A stretch of DNA of 64,000 bases from Spartinivicinus poritis. GTDB lineage: Bacteria; Pseudomonadota; Gammaproteobacteria; Pseudomonadales; Zooshikellaceae. A program made the translations under genes and the position numbers. A model generated the notes under the pieces. It did not search any database and was not told the origin of the DNA. It was given only the letters and a program-made list of their open reading frames with translations. Positions 1 to 10,470 of the stretch are shown piece by piece (the first letter of the stretch is position 1; each line of letters opens with the position of its first letter). The stretch covers positions 149,473-213,472 of the forward strand of contig NZ_JAPMOU010000004.1 of the NCBI RefSeq assembly GCF_028858535.1, given 5' to 3'.

Positions 1-272
1 ATATCGGTTGGTGGCGCCATAGGCGGAGCCGTTGTTTTACTCGCTGCCACCCCCTTAGTTGCACCACTCACTGAATTTGGTGTTAATAAAATTAGGGCAA
101 AAAAGTTTCTACATGAAGTAGTTACTCGTGTAGAACAAAATATTTTACAAACCAAGCCTGATGCTACTAGCGTCATTGCCCATATCGGTACTTATATACA
201 GTTACTGCCAGATTTAATACAAGCACTAAGAGTAATTAAGTAGCCAAGGGCATCTCTGTTTATAGTCTCTAA

Positions 273-1580
273 TTAAAAAACATAAAGTGCAGATAAATCA
301 TAATCTACCTGTACTGGTAAATGTGCTGACGTATTTGATTTATATATACCGAATTTAAAGTAAGGCGCCCACTCATCATTATTACCTATTGGCCCATTGT
401 AATCTGCCAGCTTTTGAGCTGTTTCAGTATTATATAGCTGAACTCTACCATACTGTAATCTATTAAAATCATCATTTTCCCAGTGTGGCCAGTTAACGAT
501 AACGGTTAATGTAACCCACTGATCAAATAATGATGGAGTGATTGGATGCTTCCAAATCACACTTACACCAGACGCCCAGTTGTTATTAAAGTGGCTTTCA
601 ACATTATTAATTGAGTTTGCCATGAAATAAGGCTTCAGCTGTTTTGTTTTATAATCACAAACATAAAACCTTCCTATTTTTGCTGGTATCTCTCCAGAGA
701 CCGAAATTTTAGGGCACCTGGTTAGCCGTCGATCATGTACAGGGTATCTATAATAATTTGCTATGAGGGCAAGATAACCATCTTTAATCTTTAATGCCAT
801 CGGAGGAAAACCTCCTTGATCAAATAAATAGTCTTGCTGTTTTAGTTCATGATATTGGTTTAAACTTGCTTCCAGTACTTTATCAGAATAGTCACTTACC
901 TCCAGCTGTTGATATTGCCAAGGTTGATCAGTTTCATGGCGATATTTTAGTCTATCAGGAGTGCCATGCCATTGAGCAATAATAACAGACATATCATCAG
1001 CCAAAATGCTCGCCTTATTTTTTTCTTGCAAAAGCGGTTTTAACTCTTCTCTAAAGGCTGATGGTATTCGGAATCGTAACTGATAATATTGATAATGAGA
1101 ATTTGTTGGCCACTGCCCTGCCATCATCGACTTGGTTTCAGATTTAAACTGTAATGCTTTCATAGAACGTTGATTAGATAAAAACTGGCTAAGAGGAAAA
1201 AAGCCAGTTGTAAACTCAACTCTTTGTCTCCCATCAGCAAGTGAACCAAACTCTGGTAATACAGTTGTCGGAATTGCTGATAATGAAACCCTATTAAGCC
1301 CATATATCTGGCTAGGTAATCTACCTAATGGATGCTTAACCCCAACAGGAGAAATTATTATTTGATTTAAATCAAGCGTGCATTTTTGATCAATTAAATA
1401 CCGTTGTGGATTGATTTTTCCGCTTATTATAGTGTTATTAATTGAGCAGTCTTGCTGAATATAATTGTTTATTGTGTGGTCTATATTTGATTGCCCAAAG
1501 CCTTTACTACTCAAAGCTAAACAAAAAAATAAAAAGTTAGCACAAACTCTCAAAATACCATCCCATTTAGTTTTTATCAC
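273..1580 (-). CDS. secreted hypothetical protein, possibly polysaccharide-lyase-like beta-jelly-roll
   Basis: 435-aa ORF with an N-terminal signal peptide (MIKTKWDGILRVCANFLFFCLALSS). The C-terminal motif YFKFGIY resembles the YFKAGVY box of PL7 / alginate_lyase2 folds. Other PL7 motifs are not clearly in the canonical order, so the function is tentative. Confidence 0.5.
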   Translation of the reverse strand: MIKTKWDGILRVCANFLFFCLALSSKGFGQSNIDHTINNYIQQDCSINNTIISGKINPQRYLIDQKCTLDLNQIIISPVGVKHPLGRLPSQIYGLNRVSLSAIPTTVLPEFGSLADGRQRVEFTTGFFPLSQFLSNQRSMKALQFKSETKSMMAGQWPTNSHYQYYQLRFRIPSAFREELKPLLQEKNKASILADDMSVIIAQWHGTPDRLKYRHETDQPWQYQQLEVSDYSDKVLEASLNQYHELKQQDYLFDQGGFPPMALKIKDGYLALIANYYRYPVHDRRLTRCPKISVSGEIPAKIGRFYVCDYKTKQLKPYFMANSINNVESHFNNNWASGVSVIWKHPITPSLFDQWVTLTVIVNWPHWENDDFNRLQYGRVQLYNTETAQKLADYNGPIGNNDEWAPYFKFGIYKSNTSAHLPVQVDYDLSALYVF

Positions 1581-1648
1581 TTTGTGCGAACTATAAGCTT
1601 TTTAAAAAAATGCTTCAATTACTCCTTCATTTTAGGCAACGAATACCG

Positions 1649-4183
1649 TTATGACTTCCTATCCTCAGGCTCTGAAACCCCTGCATTATAGCCAACCCAA
1701 CGGTTCATCAAATTGGCTAACGCTTCTTTGTCAATAGGTTTAGAAATATAATCATCCATGCCAGCATCAAAGCAATCTGCTTTATCTGCTTCCGATACAT
1801 TAGCTGTCATTGCTATTATTGGTACATGTCGATGCGGTGGTGTAACTTGCTTTAATTCTTTTACCAATAGCAAACCATTTTTATCAGGTAACTCGCAATC
1901 AAGAAATACTAGATCATAAGGATGCGCTTTATATAATAGTAATGCCTCTTTTGCATTTGCTGCGGTGGTAACATCACAGTGCATTTTCGCTAACAGACGC
2001 ACTGCCACCATCTGATTAATCGCATTGTCTTCTACTAACAGCACACGATAATGGGGCTTCTCAACTGGTTGATTTAGTAGTGGAGGATAAACAATGGCAC
2101 TATCTCGAAGCATATCTCTGGTAACAATAGAGTCGTCGTCTGTTGCTAATATCCGACAAATCATGTCCTTTAACACCTGAGCTCTCACAGGCTTCACCAA
2201 AAAGCCTGCAAACCCAGCCTTAGAAAACTGCTCAAGAGCAACCGTTTCATCTGAAGAACTAATCATTATCAGTTTTGTTTCAGCAATGGTTGGGTCTTGT
2301 TTAATACCACGACCTAGTTTTAAACCATCCATTAGTGGCATTTGAAAGTCTAGTAGCGCTAATTGATAAGGCTGATTGGCCAGAGCAGCTTGCGTAATTC
2401 GTTCTAATGCTTCGCGGGCTGAACTGGCTAAGTCACACTGCATCCCCCATTTAACCAGTAAACGATCAAGGATATAACGATTTACCTGAGTGTCGTCTAC
2501 TACCAATACTTTTATATCTGTGAGCGCTACTTCAGGTACTGGCTGTTTATGTGCCTGTTCATCCGTATACAGTGGCAATATCACAGAAAATGTAGAGCCC
2601 ACCCCGGGTTCACTAGATAGCGAAATACGTCCTTCCATCAAAGCAACTAATTGTTGGCAAATTGTCAGGCCTAAACCTAACCCCTGAAAAGCTCTAGTCA
2701 CAGATGCATCACCTAATTCAAATGCATTAAATAAACGCTCCTGCTCATCATCAGGGATACCCATTCCCGTATCTGTGATATCAAGTTGTATATGAACCTT
2801 ATCTGTTTCCTGTTGATGCAAACTGACTTCTACCATTACATAGCCAGTTTCAGTAAATTTAGTGGCATTACCAATCAGATGATAAAGAATCTGTCTTATT
2901 CTGCCTGGATCTCCTGAGAGTATTTCAGGAATATCCTCTCCATATTGCATCACTAGATCAATAGACTTTTGCTGCGCTGCACGTTGATAAAATTCAACCA
3001 CTTCATGAACCAATGCTTTTAAGTCAAAACTTACTCGTTCTAGTACTAACAGGCCTGCTTGTAATTTGGCATGGTCTAATAGGTCATTAATGGTAAAGAG
3101 TAATATTTCACCTGAGCGACGAATTTGTTCTACGTAGCTAAACTGCTCTCTATTTAATGAAGTTTCTTGTAATAAACCTGTCAAACCAATTACTCCATTG
3201 AGAGGAGTGCGAATTTCATGGCTTAATACTGCAAGAAAATCTGCTGAATGGGGTTTTTGATAAGGTATTTTTTCAACTGTTGGCTGTTCATTTTCCGTCT
3301 GACCAGCTGTTTCAGAATCATCTTGTGTGTGCTCAGCAGCAGTTTGAGAGATTATTGTCGTTTTTGGTAAATTGAATAAAATACCTAAAACAACAATACC
3401 ATAAGCAAAACTGCTTAATAGCACAGCCGCCGTATAAAATATCAATTGCGGCTGAGTATAACCTAACCCCCAGTATGCCAGTGCTGCTAGTGTTAAAAAA
3501 ATATAACCACTTACACCTGTGATAATAATATCATTTTGCTCAGATTTTAATGCCAACAAAACCCATAACGCACCTGACATTGCAATAACACTGATACCTA
3601 GTGTTAACAGTGTTTTAAAACCATCTTGCACTGTCAAAAACAAAAATAAACTCACTCCTCCTGTAATGACTGCCAACATACTTGCCACCACCCAGGCGGC
3701 TAAGCGAGGAAATAAGACACTTAATTGCTTTTGATAAAATAACGCAACTATAGAGGTAATTAAAATTAATACACTACTAATCACTTTGCTGTATAACACA
3801 GCATCAGCAATACCCAACCTAGGGGGCATAGCAATAATTGCAGGCAACTGCATTGCAGACAGTAGAATTACAATCTCTAGCGAACACCCAGCCCAAAAAG
3901 AAGTCAATAATAAAGAGGATAATGGGTTATGGTCTGTCCCATTCAGACGAGGCCAAAAAACCAAGATCGAAGTAAGTAATAACCAACAAAGCAGTAGATT
4001 TGAAAAACAAAGCCAAAGCACCGGGTGATACTGCCAGTTGGTGTCAATAGGCTCCAATCCAGGCAATTGCTGTGCAATAAACCAAGGCGTAGTGCCAACA
4101 GTACAAATAAATAGTAAGCTTAACCACTTAAATACAGCTGGTGTTTCTACTGAGGGAGCTGTGAGCGGCTGTTGCACATCCAT
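1649..4183 (-). CDS. hybrid sensor histidine kinase/response regulator (multi-TM sensor, HisKA, HATPase_c, two REC domains)
   Basis: 844 aa. The N-terminal ~280 aa form multiple hydrophobic helices. H-box HEIRTPLNGVIGLTGLL is present, along with the G-box region GTGMGIP...GLGLGL. Two receiver domains carry LVVDD and LLVEDN acid pockets. Confidence 0.85.
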   Translation of the reverse strand: MDVQQPLTAPSVETPAVFKWLSLLFICTVGTTPWFIAQQLPGLEPIDTNWQYHPVLWLCFSNLLLCWLLLTSILVFWPRLNGTDHNPLSSLLLTSFWAGCSLEIVILLSAMQLPAIIAMPPRLGIADAVLYSKVISSVLILITSIVALFYQKQLSVLFPRLAAWVVASMLAVITGGVSLFLFLTVQDGFKTLLTLGISVIAMSGALWVLLALKSEQNDIIITGVSGYIFLTLAALAYWGLGYTQPQLIFYTAAVLLSSFAYGIVVLGILFNLPKTTIISQTAAEHTQDDSETAGQTENEQPTVEKIPYQKPHSADFLAVLSHEIRTPLNGVIGLTGLLQETSLNREQFSYVEQIRRSGEILLFTINDLLDHAKLQAGLLVLERVSFDLKALVHEVVEFYQRAAQQKSIDLVMQYGEDIPEILSGDPGRIRQILYHLIGNATKFTETGYVMVEVSLHQQETDKVHIQLDITDTGMGIPDDEQERLFNAFELGDASVTRAFQGLGLGLTICQQLVALMEGRISLSSEPGVGSTFSVILPLYTDEQAHKQPVPEVALTDIKVLVVDDTQVNRYILDRLLVKWGMQCDLASSAREALERITQAALANQPYQLALLDFQMPLMDGLKLGRGIKQDPTIAETKLIMISSSDETVALEQFSKAGFAGFLVKPVRAQVLKDMICRILATDDDSIVTRDMLRDSAIVYPPLLNQPVEKPHYRVLLVEDNAINQMVAVRLLAKMHCDVTTAANAKEALLLYKAHPYDLVFLDCELPDKNGLLLVKELKQVTPPHRHVPIIAMTANVSEADKADCFDAGMDDYISKPIDKEALANLMNRWVGYNAGVSEPEDRKS

Positions 4184-4361
4184 TGTGTAAACCCCAAAGT
4201 GTAAGCATTACTCATTGCTTTGGCTAGAGATCCATACGCAAAACAAGATAACAACTTAACGCATGCAGCACTTGTTACCATTCGCATTGGCTACAGGGCG
4301 CCTCTAGCATTATTAGAAGCACCCTAATTATAAAGTTCTTTATAAAAATATAGATGAATAA

Positions 4362-5225
4362 CTATTGGCTTTCTTGTTTATTGAGAGAAGACGCTACTGG
4401 CATATCATAAAGCCAAGTACGCTTCGCCTTTTCCAGCATTCCAGACTTAGCCAAAGCCTTCATCCCCCTGTCAAAAGCAGTTATTAACTCGCTTGCTCGT
4501 GGGTTGTCTATCGCACTCACTACAAACTCATAGGTACTGTCAAATGCTGGTAACTTTCGATATTCCGTTGATTTGTTCATTTTATTTAAGGTGTAATCAA
4601 AAACAGGAAAGTAGCCTGCAAAGCCATCTACTCGGTTATTATCAAGCATTCTAAACCCTTGCAACACATCGTTGACAGGAGTCATTTTTACATTTCTTAA
4701 ATCGTCCCACTGCTCTCCATAACTCCAGCCTCTCATTAAACCAATACGAAGGTTTTTTAACCCTTGCAAACCTTTCCACTGGATACTACTGGTTTTTTTT
4801 ACATAAATTAGAAAGTCGACTTTGTTAATCGCCTTCTTTGAATATAATAAGTACTCACTCCTATCTTTAGTCCAACCAGCCGGAAATAGTAAATCAACTT
4901 TTTGTTTTTTTACCTCTTCTATAGCACGTACCCAGGGGTAAACTTTCAGATTAATGGTATAACCCTGTTGATGAAAACTACTGCGAAACACTTCCCAGCT
5001 ATAACCCATAATACTATCGGAGTCTATTCCAGGAGGAACAACTTCGTAATGAGCAACACGCAATCTTCGTTTAGCAATAATAAATGGCGGATAACCTACT
5101 AAAGTGGCTACACTAAGTTGCTTTACACTTTGAGTTTGCTCTAACTGCTCTTGACTACTGGTTTGCTCTGTAATGCCAAAAAAGCTCAGGTAAAAAGTAA
5201 CGATGTACAAGGAAGACCTAATCAT
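4362..5225 (-). CDS. periplasmic solute-binding (family 3 / PBP2-like) domain protein, orphan
   Basis: 287 aa with a signal peptide. Conserved PW.RA and G..D(G) segments are typical of family-3 substrate-binding proteins. No permease or ATPase gene is adjacent. Paralogous to 15310-16074, 44149-44919 and 51199-52023. Confidence 0.65.
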   Translation of the reverse strand: MIRSSLYIVTFYLSFFGITEQTSSQEQLEQTQSVKQLSVATLVGYPPFIIAKRRLRVAHYEVVPPGIDSDSIMGYSWEVFRSSFHQQGYTINLKVYPWVRAIEEVKKQKVDLLFPAGWTKDRSEYLLYSKKAINKVDFLIYVKKTSSIQWKGLQGLKNLRIGLMRGWSYGEQWDDLRNVKMTPVNDVLQGFRMLDNNRVDGFAGYFPVFDYTLNKMNKSTEYRKLPAFDSTYEFVVSAIDNPRASELITAFDRGMKALAKSGMLEKAKRTWLYDMPVASSLNKQESQ

Positions 5226-5713
5226 ACACTTACTGCAAAAAATTTAACCAAAACAGATATTTAAATTACTGCATGAAGTAACATATGGTGTAACCAGTAC
5301 CAGGCAAGTATATTCACCCAACAACCTAAAACTATAATCAAATTGTAGCATAACTATATAGGTGCACTTAATGTAATTAACAACCAGTATATATACTCCT
5401 CTTCATGCAGATTATATAGCCACAGCAAATGGTATAGTTAAAAACATATCAACTGTTACATTTTTGGATCGTTAATGGCATCATTTCAGTCGCATTGAGT
5501 TGCCATAAATAAGATACATAACAAGATGCGTATATCCTACATTAATAGTAATATTGCTATCATAATTATAGCCGGCTTAGGTTGTATACTATTTGTATTA
5601 GTTATGTTGTCTTGGGGTTAAATTATTTTTTACAAAAAAGGCTAGAGTAGCTCAGTGTTAACTATACTGATCTTTGCTTTGCTAGCTTGCCAACATTAAA
5701 CATGGAGATGAAT

Positions 5714-6553
5714 ATGAAAAAACCAATCTTTAGCAGGAAGCTGTCTGCTTTGTTGGTACTTCCACTGATTTTAACTGGTTGTGCCACTCAAGGCCCTTGG
5801 TATGAAGACTGGCGCAATTGTGCTTATGTAGGTGCAACTACAGGCGCGGTAATAGGCTCATTTGAAGATTCTGAAGACGCCGCTATTGGTGCAGTAGGTG
5901 GTGCACTTATTGGGGGTATCACCTGTGCACTAATGAACCGAGAGTCCGATAGCGATGGTGATGGGGTACCAAATAGTCGAGATAAATGTCCTGCAACGCC
6001 TAAAGGTGCTGCAGTTGATGTACACGGTTGTGCTTTAGATTCAGATAATGATGGTGTACCAGACTATCGCGATGAATGCCCAAATACACCAGCTGGAGCC
6101 AAAGTAAATGCTCGCGGCTGCCTGCTAGATTCGGATAATGATGGCGTTACAGATAATAAAGACCATTGCCCCAATACACCTCCTGGTGCCAAAGTTAATG
6201 CTTTAGGTTGTGTTGAAGCTCTAAAACTTGATGGTGTTGAGTTTGAGTTTAACTCTGACAAACTTACCTGGGCAGCTAAAGAGTATTTAAATACCGTAGC
6301 TGAAAAACTCAAATTACACGCTGGTACTCGTCTTGAGTTAGGTGGTCATACAGACAATATTGGTAGCAATCAATACAACAGAGACTTATCTCAAAGACGT
6401 GCAAACTCTGTTCGCAGTTATTTAATTAGCCGTGGTATTAGAACGGGTGACTTAAGAGCAGTAGGCTATGGTGAGTCACGCCCTGTTGCTGATAACAGTA
6501 CCGACTCAGGTAGAGCCCGCAATCGTCGAGTAGAGCTCAATGTGTTAGATTAA
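5714..6553 (+). CDS. OmpA-family lipoprotein with thrombospondin type-3 (DxDxDGxxD) calcium-binding repeats
   Basis: Start is preferred at the ATG at 5714 (MKKPIFSRKLSALLVLPLILTGC lipobox), with GGAG 6 nt upstream. There are three D.DNDGV.D..D repeats. The C-terminal OmpA_C-like domain shows GHTDN.GS..YN..LS.RRA. Followed by a hairpin terminator. Confidence 0.85.
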   Translation: MKKPIFSRKLSALLVLPLILTGCATQGPWYEDWRNCAYVGATTGAVIGSFEDSEDAAIGAVGGALIGGITCALMNRESDSDGDGVPNSRDKCPATPKGAAVDVHGCALDSDNDGVPDYRDECPNTPAGAKVNARGCLLDSDNDGVTDNKDHCPNTPPGAKVNALGCVEALKLDGVEFEFNSDKLTWAAKEYLNTVAEKLKLHAGTRLELGGHTDNIGSNQYNRDLSQRRANSVRSYLISRGIRTGDLRAVGYGESRPVADNSTDSGRARNRRVELNVLD

Positions 6554-6573
6554 CGCTGTTAATCTGATATAAA

Positions 6574-6596
6574 GCCCGTCATCTGACGGGCTTTCT
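6574..6596 (+). terminator. rho-independent terminator after the OmpA-family gene
   Basis: GC-rich hairpin GCCCGTCA-TC-TGACGGGC followed by TTTCTG. Confidence 0.6.
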
Positions 6597-6792
6597 GTTA
6601 TCTATTGGTAAGTGTTTTCTCCATATCATAATCATTGGTACTAACCTCTAGCACCTAAGCCACTGAGCTGTACTAGCTAAGCACTAGTAGCTTTTCTCCT
6701 TAAACATTAGTGACCTTATTTTACTTGCCCCACTAGGCAACGACCCACTAACACTTTATCCTTACGCTTTGTTCGACAACAGGTGATGGCTG

Positions 6793-7812
6793 ATGAAGAA
6801 AAAAATATACATTGCCTATACAGGCGGCACTATTGGAATGCAGCGCTCTGAAAAAGGCTATGTTCCAATGAGTGGGCTAGATGCACTAATCGCAAATAAA
6901 ATTCCTGGTCATATGTCAGCCAATATGCCTGACTATGAACTACATGAATATGATCAGTTAATAGACAGTAGCAATATTATTCCTGAAAACTGGTTAACCA
7001 TTGCAAAGGATATTGCTGACCGTTACAACGATTATGATGGCTTTATCATTCTCCATGGTACTGACACCATGGCTTATACAGCTTCTGCATTATCATTTAT
7101 GCTACAGGGGATTAATAAGCCAGTGATTGTTACTGGCTCACAAATACCATTAAGCGAAATCCGCAATGATGCGCAGGACAATTTAGTAACAGCCATGATC
7201 TTGGCAAGTCATTACCAGATTCCTGAAGTATGCTTGTACTTTAATGGACGATTATTACGCGGTAATCGTACCAGCAAGTTAAAAGCCACTGGCTTTGATG
7301 CATTTGATACACCCAATTACCCTTGGTTAGGTCAGGTAGGCATTCATATTGAAATCAACCAATCTGCTTTGTTACCTCCCTCCAGTGCAGACCCAATATT
7401 TATCTTGCCAGAGAGCTACCGCCAATGGCGTGTCATTCCGTTAGTGCTGTATCCAGGTATGCCAGCAGAGCTTATCGACAAAGTTGCCGAGCTTGATACA
7501 AAAGGAATCATTCTCCAGACTTATGGGGTAGGCAATGCTCCTGACAATGATAAAGCGCTACTTAAAGCCCTAACTAAAGCTAATGAACAGGATATTGTGC
7601 TAGTTAATTTAACTCAGTGCATTCAAGGCCGAGTTGACCAATCCAGCTATGCGACTGGATTTGCCCTGGCCGATACAGGTATTATTGGTGGCTATGACAT
7701 GACCTTAGAAGCTGCTTTTACCAAGTTACACTATTTATTAGCTCAGGATTTATCAGTAGAAGACATTCGTCAAAAAATGCAAGAAAGCCAGTGTGGAGAA
7801 CTCACCAGCTAA
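6793..7812 (+). CDS. ansA: L-asparaginase I (cytoplasmic)
   Basis: 339 aa. N-terminus IYIAYTGGTIGM matches the asparaginase TGGTIAG threonine motif. HGTDTM second active-site motif is present. Length and order match type I AnsA. Confidence 0.9.
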   Translation: MKKKIYIAYTGGTIGMQRSEKGYVPMSGLDALIANKIPGHMSANMPDYELHEYDQLIDSSNIIPENWLTIAKDIADRYNDYDGFIILHGTDTMAYTASALSFMLQGINKPVIVTGSQIPLSEIRNDAQDNLVTAMILASHYQIPEVCLYFNGRLLRGNRTSKLKATGFDAFDTPNYPWLGQVGIHIEINQSALLPPSSADPIFILPESYRQWRVIPLVLYPGMPAELIDKVAELDTKGIILQTYGVGNAPDNDKALLKALTKANEQDIVLVNLTQCIQGRVDQSSYATGFALADTGIIGGYDMTLEAAFTKLHYLLAQDLSVEDIRQKMQESQCGELTS

Positions 7813-7816
7813 ATTA

Positions 7817-7866
7817 AGGGTACCTCTAATAACACCAGTAGCAGCAAACAATTATTAGAGGTGTCT
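7817..7866. repeat. short palindromic intergenic element (GGGTACCTCTAATAA ... TTATTAGAGGTGTC), member of a dispersed family
   Basis: Inverted repeat with a ~20-nt spacer immediately 3' of ansA. The core recurs near 10003, 16090 and 54274. Confidence 0.6.
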
Positions 7867-8091
7867 ATATGCTTGAGCCAGACAATGGAAAGGCAACTAC
7901 GCAAACTTGCTTTACAAGAAATAGAGTTTCTGGCCTCAAATAGTCAAAGGCACCCCACTTCCTGATAATGACCAACTGGATAGAGTTATTGACTCTACAG
8001 TTAAAATGTTTCTAAGCTACTATGCACCTACTGATTAGTGGTGTGTGCGTAAAATAAAATGAATGAACCACTTCATCTATGGGGCGCTCTT

Positions 8092-8757
8092 TTATAAGGA
8101 TTGTGCTGAAAATATAATTTGTAAGCCTTTTTCACTCATTTTAAGTGTATGTTGGTGATCCCAGTTAACTCTGCTTACAATTTGATCTATTGCAGGCTCT
8201 ACCTGACCTGCTTTTTCAAAGCTTAAATTTAATTTACAACTATTAGTTCTACAGTCAATATTATCGAGATAAGCGCCTTCAATCTCTCCAACAGATATTG
8301 CCTGCTGAATCGAAAAAATAGCTTCAGAAGCCCATTCACCATCAACGGGTTGAGACAAATGCTGCTGTTCTGCTAAAAGCATTGGATCAATATCTGTATT
8401 ACTATCTATACTTACTTTACTGTCTGCTTCACTCACCTCATTAATAGCAGTTTCGACAGTTGGATGATATTTATTAATTTGCTCTGATAGCTTATTAATA
8501 TCCTGCAATATTAACTCATAAGAGTTAATGGTTGCTTGCTCTGGCTTTATCGCTACGGCTAATTGGCCTAGTTGTTTTTTTAAACCTAATAATTCAACTT
8601 CAACATTGTGAACGTTAAGATTATTAGTGTCATAACTCCCTTTTTGCACTGTTTTGTTTGCTTCTTGAAAGTATAAAAATAAAACATTAACTACTGATGA
8701 AACAATAATTATCAAAAACAAAGTAAAAAAATAATGTTTAACAATCGACCTTTCCAT
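8092..8757 (-). CDS. membrane-anchored hypothetical protein (N-terminal TM helix, coiled-coil region)
   Basis: 221-aa ORF with a hydrophobic N-terminus FFTLFLIIIVSSVVNVLFLYF. No recognisable catalytic motif. Confidence 0.5.
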   Translation of the reverse strand: MERSIVKHYFFTLFLIIIVSSVVNVLFLYFQEANKTVQKGSYDTNNLNVHNVEVELLGLKKQLGQLAVAIKPEQATINSYELILQDINKLSEQINKYHPTVETAINEVSEADSKVSIDSNTDIDPMLLAEQQHLSQPVDGEWASEAIFSIQQAISVGEIEGAYLDNIDCRTNSCKLNLSFEKAGQVEPAIDQIVSRVNWDHQHTLKMSEKGLQIIFSAQSL

Positions 8758-8922
8758 ATATTACACCTATTTCCCTATTTTATAGCTATTAACGTTTAAT
8801 CTATTTCCCGAATCATATCTATTCTCGTTTCCTACCTAATAGCATAAAACAGCTAATACCTGCTACATAACACAGGCATTAGCTAACGTGGCATTAAATT
8901 CTATTCATTTTTATTGCTAAAT

Positions 8923-9417
8923 TTATAATTCATTAGCTGAGTATGAATATAATGTTGTTGAAGGTGGTAACTTACACTTCATATGCATAGTATATTTTGC
9001 TCCTCCTTGATTTAAGTTTGGAAAGTCAAGTTGCTGCATTGTAGTTGAAGAGCCACTTGAGCGCTTTACATAGCCACTCGCAACGGTGCCGGTATCATAG
9101 ACACGATAAAAAGCACACTCTACATCGTCTGCTGCATTACGATCTTTTACTCTTACATAACCAGCAGATGCTTGGTTATTAGCGGTTGTATCGTCTCTAA
9201 CTAGCGGACATTCAAGATAAAGCCACTTTGAAGACGATTTATTCTGAATATATCCAAAAGGATGGCTATATCTGTATTCAGATGAATAAGAGCTACTAGA
9301 GGTAATCGGCACACAATGTGTACCTTGATAGTTTTTTATATCAGCAGCATGACTAGAAACAGTTATAGCACTAGATACCAACACACCAAATACTGTTAAA
9401 GTTTTATTTTTCATCAT
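8923..9417 (-). CDS. secreted hypothetical protein
   Basis: Signal peptide MMKNKTLTVFGVLVSSAITVSSHA. Start chosen at the internal ATG preceded by GGAG. Cys-containing mature domain; no recognised family. Confidence 0.5.
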   Translation of the reverse strand: MMKNKTLTVFGVLVSSAITVSSHAADIKNYQGTHCVPITSSSSYSSEYRYSHPFGYIQNKSSSKWLYLECPLVRDDTTANNQASAGYVRVKDRNAADDVECAFYRVYDTGTVASGYVKRSSGSSTTMQQLDFPNLNQGGAKYTMHMKCKLPPSTTLYSYSANEL

Positions 9418-10470
9418 TGAACTCTCCATGTTTACATTTAAAAATCAACCTACCTATTTACTAAGTAAATGCACAACTTATCCTGTTACTTATTATTATT
9501 TAAAATATAAGTGCTAACTGAAGAAACTTATGACAATTCATTATTTTTAAACACAAGGAAAAATAATAATATTTTTTAGGAATCTAAAGATAGAAGATGG
9601 TTTTTCAGCTGACAAAGAGTTTTCAGGAATAAGCTACTCCCTACTTATAAAAAACAATGAATAATGCTTTTATTTGATAAAGACACTACTCTAAGCGCTA
9701 CACAGACTAGAAAACAAAGCTTTTAAAGCGATTTACAAATATTACGATTAAAAGTTTAATCAAGGCAAAGAAGTTAATACTAAATAATCTTATACCTGAT
9801 ATAGTCAAAGCGAATGTTTTTTAGGTACAACTACTGAATGCCAAAACACCATAAACCTGACAATAAAATGCTCCTTAGCAATTGCTCCTGCATTACTCTA
9901 ATTGGTGGTATCCATACCATCATACATTACTATCTTTGTTGATTAGCAATGAAGATCAAGTACCCTAGAGGTTTAGATATCTTCCAAGAAGAGTATATTA
10001 TAGGGGCACCTCTAGTATTTGTTATGCCTTTCAGAACTCTCTTTTAGTTGCATAGATCATTGCAAAAATATCATAAACCGAGGATGTTCTAGTAATCACT
10101 CACCAAAGCTCATTTATCAGTCAATCTAAAAATTAACAATTGAGCATTAATTGACTTTAAACACTTTCAAGACTATCCAGTCAAATATAGCTAAATGCTA
10201 TCCTTACATACCTAAAGCGACTAAATACAACCAACTCATAGTAAGTAAGTTATTTTATACACACATTTATTTTTAACTTACAAAAATCAAATTATTTCCA
10301 GGTCTATACAACAACATTAAAATAACATTACAATGTCAACTTATTTACTCAATCCAGTTATAAAAGTAAGTAATCACAATAAGTTCGATTTGAAAGATAA
10401 CTTTTTAAAAGAGTAACTATTTTTTTGTTATCTAAAGATAACTTATTTGCCCTAGTTAGGAGTTTACATT

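Noticed and set aside
794-982. 62-aa ORF on the + strand inside the 273-1580 gene. Similar short antisense ORFs at 2490-2687, 3519-3734, 3786-4028, 4902-5102, 6064-6312, 10704-10907, 12120-12311, 15748-15993, 16702-17025, 19202-19399, 21075-21311, 23952-24218, 24355-24606, 24703-24930, 26660-26959, 32488-32817, 33177-33734, 38576-38911, 42926-43177, 48342-49365, 49919-50113, 56030-56278, 56819-57109, 61228-61539, 62634-63632.
   Set aside because: All are embedded antisense or out of frame within much longer ORFs that have clear motif support. No independent signals.
5687-5713. Upstream ATG start (MPTLNMEMN...) for the OmpA-family gene.
   Set aside because: The downstream ATG at 5714 has a GGAG SD at the right spacing and begins the canonical lipoprotein signal peptide.
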